From Candidatus Multivoradales bacterium (GTDB taxonomy: Bacteria; Acidobacteriota; Thermoanaerobaculia; Multivoradales; Multivoraceae), in NCBI GenBank assembly GCA_965223325.1, contig CBDCWI010000002.1, forward strand, positions 2,144,001 to 2,208,000: DNA of 64,000 bases, written 5' to 3'. Both the position numbers and the translations under genes were made by a program. The notes beneath the pieces are model-generated. The model ran no database searches. It saw only the letters and a list, made by a program, of their open reading frames with translations, and was not told the origin of the DNA. Positions 56,544-64,000 of the stretch are shown here, piece after piece. Numbering within the stretch: the first letter of the stretch is position 1; each line of letters opens with the position of its first letter.

Positions 56544-57905
56544 CTACTCGGCGCCTGACTCCTGCTCCGCCTTTTGGCGACGCTGCTCCTCGCGCATTTT
56601 CCGCATCGCCTCCATCTGCTCGCGGATTCCTTCCGGTACCGAGTAGGTGGGCATGTCGGCCTGCTTGCTCTGGTCGACGTAGCTGTAGTGCAGGAAGCCG
56701 ACCATCATCTCGTCGGTAGTCTTCTCCCCGAAACGGACGCGGATGGTCGGATCAGGATTGAGCGGATTGTCCGCTGAGTTGTCGAACACCGCATCCACCT
56801 TGATCTTCGTGCCCGCCGGTACCCGGGTGGGTTCGGTTGGGGTGTAGGTGAGCTGCCAGTTGAAGTCATAGTCGACAACGTCGACGAGCACCTCTTCGGT
56901 CCCATCGGGATACTCGGCAGCAAAGCGCATCGCCTTGCCGCGCAGGTGCATGTGCGGTGTGTAGTTGAACAAGAGCGCGTCATGCTCGGCGACAAACGAC
57001 GACGACGACTGGTAGTTCGCCTCGCCTGGGGCGATGTCGAGAATCGGGTTGACGATCCACATCGTCGAGATGATGTTCTCGGGCTGCTCGTCATGGAAGG
57101 TCATCGCCACTGAGGTCTGGTCGATGCCACCAGTGCCCGGCCCCGGAGTCTTGTGGTAGTGCATCTGGAAGAAGACCGTGCTGTTGGCCGGGAGCCGCTT
57201 GCCGTAGCCGTCGGGGTAGACCATCGGTTCGACGCCAGGGCCCCAGCCACTGACGAAGTCGAGATCAATCGCGCCAGCGCCCTGGATGCTGGCGATGGTG
57301 GCGTCGGGCGGCCCGAGGTAGGTCAGGTTGTGGTGGACAGCCTCGGCGAACGTGGCGTGCACTTCCATCGCCTTGATCCACCGGTCCTCGTCGAGGTGGT
57401 TCTCGATCTGCACCCACTGGTAGTGGTCTTCCATCTCGTCGGTGACCTCGAACGGCTCCATGGTGAAGACCACGTCGGGCTCACCGATCTGCCATTGGCT
57501 CGAAAACTGCGGAGGCTCTGGCGCCTTCGCGATATCGCCTGCCGGCGCGCCGGCCTCGACCCAGCGCGCCAGGAGGTCGATCTGCTCCTCGGTGAGGGTC
57601 GGATCTTCGACGAACTCACCATGCTCGGGGTTGGCAAACCAGGGCGGCATGGTGCGGTCATGGGTTACCGCCCGAATCGACTTCGCCCACGGCCGGGTTT
57701 CTTCGTAACTGAGCAGCGACATCGGCGCCGTCTGCCCGGGGCGATGGCAGCGTGCGCACTTGTCGAACAAGAGCGGCGCCACATGCTCGGCCCAGGTGAC
57801 GTCTGAAACGTCGTTGTTCGAAGAAGCGGCTGGCGGCGCGGCAACCGCCGCCATCGCCAGGAGGGAGAGAGCCAAGACGGAAACGAAGAGCTTGCCAGTG
57901 TTCAT
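56544..57905 (-). CDS. Exported cytochrome c plus copper type II monooxygenase-like protein
   Basis: Signal peptide; CARCH..APM, MPPW; HH, QMHYH, PHMHLRGK, YDFNWQ and DEMM motifs. Confidence 0.82.
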   Translation of the reverse strand: MNTGKLFVSVLALSLLAMAAVAAPPAASSNNDVSDVTWAEHVAPLLFDKCARCHRPGQTAPMSLLSYEETRPWAKSIRAVTHDRTMPPWFANPEHGEFVEDPTLTEEQIDLLARWVEAGAPAGDIAKAPEPPQFSSQWQIGEPDVVFTMEPFEVTDEMEDHYQWVQIENHLDEDRWIKAMEVHATFAEAVHHNLTYLGPPDATIASIQGAGAIDLDFVSGWGPGVEPMVYPDGYGKRLPANSTVFFQMHYHKTPGPGTGGIDQTSVAMTFHDEQPENIISTMWIVNPILDIAPGEANYQSSSSFVAEHDALLFNYTPHMHLRGKAMRFAAEYPDGTEEVLVDVVDYDFNWQLTYTPTEPTRVPAGTKIKVDAVFDNSADNPLNPDPTIRVRFGEKTTDEMMVGFLHYSYVDQSKQADMPTYSVPEGIREQMEAMRKMREEQRRQKAEQESGAE

Positions 57906-58044
57906 CGAGTGACCTTCCGAGAGTTGGTGGAGCAATGCGACACCAGAGGCGGCTGCGCGACGGTGTCGAGCAAGCCAAGTGTAGCGCGGCTCCCTACCAG
58001 CGCCACCGAGCGTCGCGAGCCCAACGCGTCGTGGTTCACTCCCC

Positions 58045-59556
58045 TTACCCTCTAGCACCGTCATCACCGAAGAGTGCGCGCGCCCTCTGGCGATCGAGCT
58101 TGCCCGTCGGCCCCACCGGCAGCTCCTTGACCGCGAGCCAGCGCCGCGGGCACTTGTAGCCGGCAATCTCCGAACAGAGCGCCTCGTGTACGCGACCGAT
58201 GAGCCGCTCGGTGTCCGCTGGAGGGTTCTTCGCCACGACGACGGCCGCAACGATCTCGCCCCACTCCGGATCCGAGAGCCCGCACACCAGCGCTGCGGCG
58301 ATCTCCTCGTGCCGCTCGATCGCCTGCTCCACTTCGACTGGATCGACATTCTCACCGCCGGTGACGATCCGATCCGTGCGCCGGCCAAAGACCTCGAGCC
58401 GCCCCTCTTCGTCGAGCCGACCGTAGTCGCCGGTGGCGAACCAGCGATCTCGCCGGTGTGGTTCGAACAGGCCGGCACGCCAACGACCGAGCATGAGGTG
58501 GTCGCCACGCACTTCGATCTCGCCATCGGCTTGGATGCGCACGTCGGTTCCGGCGAGCGGTTTGCCCACCCCTCGCCTGGCACTCCGGCGTTCGGACCGC
58601 CGAAGAAGCTCCGGGGATTCGGTAGCAATCTGAGACGCCGCCTCGGTCATTCCATAGGTGCTGAGAACGGGCCAGCCCCGAGACGCCGCCTCGTCGATCA
58701 GTGCCGGCGACGCCGCTGCTCCACCCACCAACATCGCGCGCAGGTGCGGAGGCGAATCGAGCGCCGGCGACGCGTCGAGCAGACGTCGCAGCATCGTCGG
58801 CACGACCGAACAGATGGTGACTCCGTGGCGCTCGACGGTACCCACGAACTCGCGAGCACGGAACCTGGTGCCGTCGGCGAGTACGACAGCCATTCCGTCT
58901 CTCAGACAGCGCGTCAGAATCGAAAGGCCTCCGACATGCGCCACCGGCAAGCTCAAAAGCCAACGATCATCCGCATGGACACCCAGGTTCTGCGCACTGG
59001 CAGAGGCCGCGCGCGCCATGGCCTGGCGCCCGAGAGCGACCGCCGTCGGACTGCCCGAAGAGCCTGATGTGAAAACGACGGCGAGCACCTGCTCGCGCGC
59101 TGCCCGCTCGAGGCCTGGCCCGTTGCCGCCCGCACTCTGCTCGTCGAGCGCACCGAGGCGGGCAACCTCCTCCTCAGCGAGGATCGGGCAACCACCGATC
59201 GCGGCGACTGCCCGCGCACGCTCGCCAGCAGTCCAGCGCGGAGGCAGAAGCGCAAAGGGCGTTTGGCTGTCGATCAAGGCCAGGACAACGACAACCGACT
59301 CGAGGTCCCTGCCGGCGACGACTGCTATGGGCGGCGGCTGGTCGGCAGCAGGGCTTGTCGCGGTTCGAACCTCGAGGAGTGGCCATCGCTCCTTGACCCT
59401 CTCGGCAGCACCTCGCAGCGCGCAGTAACTCAGTTGTCCGCTCGGGCTCACGATCGCCGGACGGTCCTGGAACATCGCGGCGGCGCCCGCCAGAGAGAAG
59501 GGATCGGTAGCTTGGGCGTGCCCAGGTTCGAACTCGATCGCCATCTCGGGGGCCAC
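58045..59556 (-). CDS. menE: O-succinylbenzoate-CoA ligase
   Basis: FTSGSSG, SLP..HVGG, YGMTEAASQ, TGD and GGENV motifs; men context. Confidence 0.88.
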   Translation of the reverse strand: MAPEMAIEFEPGHAQATDPFSLAGAAAMFQDRPAIVSPSGQLSYCALRGAAERVKERWPLLEVRTATSPAADQPPPIAVVAGRDLESVVVVLALIDSQTPFALLPPRWTAGERARAVAAIGGCPILAEEEVARLGALDEQSAGGNGPGLERAAREQVLAVVFTSGSSGSPTAVALGRQAMARAASASAQNLGVHADDRWLLSLPVAHVGGLSILTRCLRDGMAVVLADGTRFRAREFVGTVERHGVTICSVVPTMLRRLLDASPALDSPPHLRAMLVGGAAASPALIDEAASRGWPVLSTYGMTEAASQIATESPELLRRSERRSARRGVGKPLAGTDVRIQADGEIEVRGDHLMLGRWRAGLFEPHRRDRWFATGDYGRLDEEGRLEVFGRRTDRIVTGGENVDPVEVEQAIERHEEIAAALVCGLSDPEWGEIVAAVVVAKNPPADTERLIGRVHEALCSEIAGYKCPRRWLAVKELPVGPTGKLDRQRARALFGDDGARG

Positions 59557-60432
59557 TCAGCTACCGAGCCGAATGCCGACAGCGAGGAGCAAGCAGAACC
59601 ACAGCATGAGCCGGGCGGTGCCCGCCAGAGTGCGATTGAGCTCGCGCCCCTCTCGCCCCCAGACCTGGCGCACCCTGGTCCCGGCCAGTGGCACCAAGAC
59701 CCAGGGTAGGAGTGCCCAGCCACCAACCGCGCGGAGTTCTGGGTCACTGCGCACCAACATTGGAAGGAAGGTCAAGAGAAACGCTGAGGCGACGACGAAA
59801 AGGTACTCGAAGCGCGTTGCCCGGGCGCCGAACCGCACCGCCAGGGTGCGCTTTCCGGCCTCGCGATCGGTCGGAATGTCGCGCAGGTTGTTGACGATCA
59901 GGATCGCAACTGCCAGGAGGCCCGGCATGATCGAAGCCCAGATCGCCAAGGGCGCCAACTCGCCCACCTGCACCCAGACCGTGCCGAGGACCGCCACCGG
60001 ACCGAAGAAAGCGAACACGAACACCTCACCCAGGCCGAGATAACCGAGCGGGTAGGGACCGCCTGTATAGAGCACGGCGGCGGCTATCGACGCCACACCG
60101 ATGGCTACAACAGCTGGGCCAGCGATCCACAGCAGGTAGAGGCCGGCCAGCATTGCCAACGCAAACGAAATCCAGGTCGCGGCCCAGACGTGGTGCTCGC
60201 TGAGCGCACCCGACTGGAGCGCCCGCGGCGGTCCGAGACGGTCGGCATTGTCAGCGCCGCGACGATAATCGCCGAGATCGTTGGCGTAGTTGGCGCCGAT
60301 CTGAAGGAAAACAGCTCCCAGGAGCGCGGCAATGGCGGGACCCAGGCGAAACCCATCGAGAGCCGCGGCACACGCCCAACCGATCACCACCGGCGCCACG
60401 GCAGCCGGCAAGGTCTGCGGGCGCGCCCCCAT
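59557..60432 (-). CDS. menA: DHNA polyprenyltransferase
   Basis: RPQTL, NYAND..D..RGAD and NNLRD..TD...GKRTLAV motifs; true start may lie slightly upstream. Confidence 0.93.
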   Translation of the reverse strand: MGARPQTLPAAVAPVVIGWACAAALDGFRLGPAIAALLGAVFLQIGANYANDLGDYRRGADNADRLGPPRALQSGALSEHHVWAATWISFALAMLAGLYLLWIAGPAVVAIGVASIAAAVLYTGGPYPLGYLGLGEVFVFAFFGPVAVLGTVWVQVGELAPLAIWASIMPGLLAVAILIVNNLRDIPTDREAGKRTLAVRFGARATRFEYLFVVASAFLLTFLPMLVRSDPELRAVGGWALLPWVLVPLAGTRVRQVWGREGRELNRTLAGTARLMLWFCLLLAVGIRLGS

Positions 60433-60551
60433 CCGCCAGGCGCGCCACGAACCCGCTGCAACTGGAGGCGTATTGGTAATCGGTCTTCTCGCTGCCAGCT
60501 ACCGGGGCACGCCCGGCTGGCCTCTAGTGGCGGTTGTTGAGTTGGAAGAGC

Positions 60552-61403
60552 TCAGCCCTTGCGGCGACGCTCGATCTCGGCATGCATCTCGTCGATTCGA
60601 AGGGCCGTGGAATCCAGAGTCACCAGGTCGGTGGGTCGCGGCGCCGACAAGAGCCGGGCGAGCTCGTCGGGCGCTTCGAGCAGCAGATTGTGACCGGCCC
60701 CGGCAATGCGTCGGACGGCACACTGGGTCAACTCGGTCGCCATGCGCTCGGCAATCGCGGAAAACTTCTCATCGAGCGCGCCAACCACCAGGGTGACCGG
60801 CAGTTCGAGCGCTGAAAGCTGGGGCCACAGGTTGGGCATTCGGCCGAGAGAGAAGGCGCGCAACGCCGCTGCCAGACCCGCTCCGTCGAGGGCTTCGCGT
60901 CGTGCTCGTTCGCGGGCCAGACGCGGCGCGTCGGCCCGCTTCTCGATGCCCTCGAAAACCGGCTGCGCGAACCAGTCGTCGAGCACTGAACCGACCGACT
61001 CGCTCTCGAAACGCTCTGCCCAACGCTCATCAGAGGCCAAGCGCTCGCGGCGCTCGCCGTCACTCTCGAGGCCCGGCGAGACCCCCAACAGAGTCGCCCA
61101 GCGCACATGTCCTGACCGCCACAGGTGAGGGTGTTCGGCGAGCGCCAGGAGCAGCAACCGAGCGCCCAGCGAGTATCCCAAGAGATGAACTGGAGCCTCG
61201 GCCTTCTGGATCTGCTCAGCCAGACGAGCCGCCTCCGCCTCCATGCTCGGGATCGACCCGCTCGCGTCGCCGTCGCCCCCGGCCGGGCGATGGCCGGAGA
61301 TTCCAAGGCCGGTGACCGTTCGATCACCTGGCAACGCTCCGACGACATCCTCGAAGCTCTCGCAAGAACCGAGAAAGCCGTGTAGATGTGCGATGGTCGT
61401 CAT
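60552..61403 (-). CDS. menH: SHCHC synthase (alpha/beta hydrolase)
   Basis: LHGFLG, GYSLGAR, R...DE.WA, DEKF and GHN motifs; men context. Confidence 0.88.
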   Translation of the reverse strand: MTTIAHLHGFLGSCESFEDVVGALPGDRTVTGLGISGHRPAGGDGDASGSIPSMEAEAARLAEQIQKAEAPVHLLGYSLGARLLLLALAEHPHLWRSGHVRWATLLGVSPGLESDGERRERLASDERWAERFESESVGSVLDDWFAQPVFEGIEKRADAPRLARERARREALDGAGLAAALRAFSLGRMPNLWPQLSALELPVTLVVGALDEKFSAIAERMATELTQCAVRRIAGAGHNLLLEAPDELARLLSAPRPTDLVTLDSTALRIDEMHAEIERRRKG

Positions 61404-61455
61404 GATCCCTCGAGCGAAAAGAACTCGCTACCTGCGAATGCTACGACGAAACGGG

Positions 61456-63423
61456 TCACGAGGAGAACCGAGAGCGGAGATCGGGCGCCAGCGCACTCGC
61501 CTGGGAGCGCAGCAGGTCGCCAACCACCTCGTTGACCAGGCCCGTGAGGCGTTGCCTTTCGTCATGGGCAGACAGTGCGCCCTCGGTCGAAGCAACGGGC
61601 ACCGAGACTTCGAGCAGAGTTGGTCGGTTGCCGCTCCCCGCAGCCAGGGCGCGATCCAGGTCGCCTGTGGTGGCGACGACTTCATAGTCCAACCCAAACG
61701 TCCGAGCGACGCCACCAAACGAGCGCCCATGGGGAGTCGTGAAGGCTCTCATGCTCTCCTCGTCGAGCGTCGAGGCCACCGGCAGGCGCTCGAAAATGCG
61801 ACCGCCGTCGTTGTTGAGAACAGCAACCACCACTCTGGTTTCCTCGATCTCGGCGAGGGCCGCGAGGCCACCGAGGTCGTGCAGCAGGGTGACGTCACCG
61901 AGCACCAACAGGGCGACGGGCGGCGAGGCTCCACGATGCTCGAGTGCGCACACCGACCCGGCAAACCCCGAAACCAGACCGTCGATCCCATTCGCACCTC
62001 GCTGACTGACCACCCGGGTCGGCAGATCGCCGGCGTAGTCCTCAACCAGCCGAATGGGAAGGCTGTTGCCAAGGCCGAGAAGTGAATCCGGCGGTAGCCA
62101 CTCGAGAAGCCGACGCACTGCCACGCCCTCGGTCAGCCGACCGCGCGAACTGGCAAGTCCGGCTGCGACCGCCTCCTCTACGGCCCGACTAGAAGCAACG
62201 GCCCGCGCTGCCAACTGGGAAGGCGCCCGGTAGCTCGGGTGATCAGCGCCTTCATCGAGAGCGGCGACAAGCGCCGCAACCGAAAGCCTGAGCTCACCGT
62301 CGAGAAGCATGTCTGTTTGACCGTCGGGATCGAACCTGGCGCCGTCGGAGAAGACGATCCGTCGCGACGGCGAGGCACCTCCAGGGGAGGTGGCGTCGGC
62401 TACGCGACCTCCAGCCCAGGCACCGAAGTTCGCGACGATCGATGCCGCCCCGAACTCGAGAATCACCTCGGGGGGATCCGCCGCGGTGAACGCCGGTGAG
62501 TCGAGCAACCAGGAAAGACGATCGATGCGCCGCTCCGGCGACACCACGTGGCGGAGTCCACTGGCGACTTCGGCGGCAACCGGGAAACCCGTCAGGCGAG
62601 CGAGCGCATCGAGACCTTCGATTCGATCGGTCACGCAAAGGGGTAGTGCGCCGCAGCGAATCAAGCCCGATCTGGCGGCGCGAACTATCCGCACCACTTC
62701 CGCAATCGCCTCGGCGCCTGGTTGACGTTCCGGCACCGTCCCGGCTCCCGCCGCTCGCGCTCGAATCTCGAGCGCCCGGCACGTGAGCTTCCGCTCGTCG
62801 TCACTGGGGGGCGCCTCGCCTCCTGCGGCGGCCGCCTGCTCGAGATCGGCGAGAGACCGGGGCTCGAGCGGTTTGCGGGCTGCCAGGTTGCAGTGCACCG
62901 GTCCCGGTCTAGGGGTCCGGGTCAGGCGGCGAGCCGCGGCCGCGCGGCGACGGGTGGCCGCAAGCGCAGCCTGGTGGGCCTCCGCGACACCCATCTCGAA
63001 GTCGCCGCGCACGAAACGTCCGAAGAGGCCACGCTGGTCGATGGTTTGCGGAGCCTGGCAACCGCGCAGTTCAGGGGGACGATCGGCGGTCAAGAGCAGA
63101 AGCGGCAGTTGTTGCTCGGATGCCTCGATCACTGCCGGCAGCCAGTGCGCCCCGGCCGTTCCCGAGGTAGCAAGGAGCGCCACTGGGCGCCCGGTCGCGC
63201 GCACTTGACCAAGCGCAAAGAAGCCCGCGACGCGCTCGTCGTGGAGCACACAGACGTCGATCGCTGGATGCTCGAGAGCGGCGAGCAGAAACGGAGTCGA
63301 ACGAGAACCTGGGCTGGCGACGATCAGTAGGCGATCGGCCTTCTGGCGGTCTTCGCAAGCCTCCGCGAAGCCGTCGACGATGAGCGCGGCATGCTCGTAG
63401 AGCAGATTCCGCGGCCCTTCCAT
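61456..63423 (-). CDS. menD: SEPHCHC synthase
   Basis: SPGSRSTP, DER.AGF.ALG, TSGTA, RGANGIDG, GD...LHD and NNDGG.IF motifs. Confidence 0.95.
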   Translation of the reverse strand: MEGPRNLLYEHAALIVDGFAEACEDRQKADRLLIVASPGSRSTPFLLAALEHPAIDVCVLHDERVAGFFALGQVRATGRPVALLATSGTAGAHWLPAVIEASEQQLPLLLLTADRPPELRGCQAPQTIDQRGLFGRFVRGDFEMGVAEAHQAALAATRRRAAAARRLTRTPRPGPVHCNLAARKPLEPRSLADLEQAAAAGGEAPPSDDERKLTCRALEIRARAAGAGTVPERQPGAEAIAEVVRIVRAARSGLIRCGALPLCVTDRIEGLDALARLTGFPVAAEVASGLRHVVSPERRIDRLSWLLDSPAFTAADPPEVILEFGAASIVANFGAWAGGRVADATSPGGASPSRRIVFSDGARFDPDGQTDMLLDGELRLSVAALVAALDEGADHPSYRAPSQLAARAVASSRAVEEAVAAGLASSRGRLTEGVAVRRLLEWLPPDSLLGLGNSLPIRLVEDYAGDLPTRVVSQRGANGIDGLVSGFAGSVCALEHRGASPPVALLVLGDVTLLHDLGGLAALAEIEETRVVVAVLNNDGGRIFERLPVASTLDEESMRAFTTPHGRSFGGVARTFGLDYEVVATTGDLDRALAAGSGNRPTLLEVSVPVASTEGALSAHDERQRLTGLVNEVVGDLLRSQASALAPDLRSRFSS

Positions 63424-64000
63424 CAGGGGCTGTTGCCAGGCGCCTCGACGCCGCCGAGGCGCGCGCGAAGATTGTCGTGGGCGCCCGAGGTGGCGGTTTC
63501 GGCCGGGCGCTCCTCCGTCGCCTCAGGAAGCTGGACGATCGCACCCTCGAGGGCATTCTTGACAGCTCGTGCCTTGACCTCGGTCTCACGCAGTTCGGCG
63601 ACCGGGTCAGAGCCCGCAACGATGCCCGCGCCCGCCCACACACGCACCTGATTGTGGGCGACCAGACCGGAGCGCAGGGAGACACGAAAGTCACCGTCGC
63701 CTGAGAGATTGAACCAGCCCACAGCCCCGGCGTAGAGGCCACGATCGCCTCTTTCGTGGTCGTCGAGGAACTGGACGGCTGGGCGCGCCGGCACCCCGCC
63801 GACTGCCGGGGTCGGATGAAGGCGGCCCAGCAACTCGAGGATGTGCACCGGATGGGCGAGGCGGACATGGACCGGGGTTTCGAGATGAAGGACGCTCTCT
63901 AAACGGCGCACCACGGGTTCTCCCACCGGTTCGATGTGCGAGGCGAGCGACCGCAGGCGAGCCACCAGGTGATCGACGACCAGCGCATGTTCGCGCAGAT
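63423..64000 (-). CDS. menF: Isochorismate synthase, C-terminal part
   Basis: EH..VVD, HL.T, LHPTPAVGG.P, RGLYAG and AGAGIV.GS motifs; runs off the window. Confidence 0.92.
   Translation of the reverse strand, partial: LREHALVVDHLVARLRSLASHIEPVGEPVVRRLESVLHLETPVHVRLAHPVHILELLGRLHPTPAVGGVPARPAVQFLDDHERGDRGLYAGAVGWFNLSGDGDFRVSLRSGLVAHNQVRVWAGAGIVAGSDPVAELRETEVKARAVKNALEGAIVQLPEATEERPAETATSGAHDNLRARLGGVEAPGNSP

Overview
GC-rich bacterial chromosomal segment, most likely Acidobacteriota (probably Thermoanaerobaculia-like). This placement is inferred from three PadR/ADOP-type orphan ABC permease loci, a C-terminal 'FGDGFE' tail and a 'GYFWFF..NPEVLVK.LDGC' domain. The left ~24 kb looks accessory and partly decayed. 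It carries two type II toxin-antitoxin pairs, a serine hydrolase with a two-component system, a kinase-FGE-hydrolase fusion, a diheme cytochrome with an ECF sigma factor, and two junctions where divergent genes have both lost their 5' ends. The middle holds a CYP153-like P450 with MerR, a 1502-aa triple-malectin surface protein with 804-bp internal repeats, an SDR/GST/CoA-transferase operon, an acyl-CoA dehydrogenase, paired CBS proteins and a PutP operon. The right holds PD40 and M28 genes interrupted by a nucleotidyltransferase cassette, PP2C-apaH, a 166-bp MITE-like element, a PGM1-like ATP-grasp ligase, a DUF3604-like protein, a cytochrome c/copper-monooxygenase-like fusion and menF-D-H-A-E. 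No rRNA, tRNA, CRISPR array, transposase or integrase was seen. All family calls come from motif recognition by eye; no searches were run.
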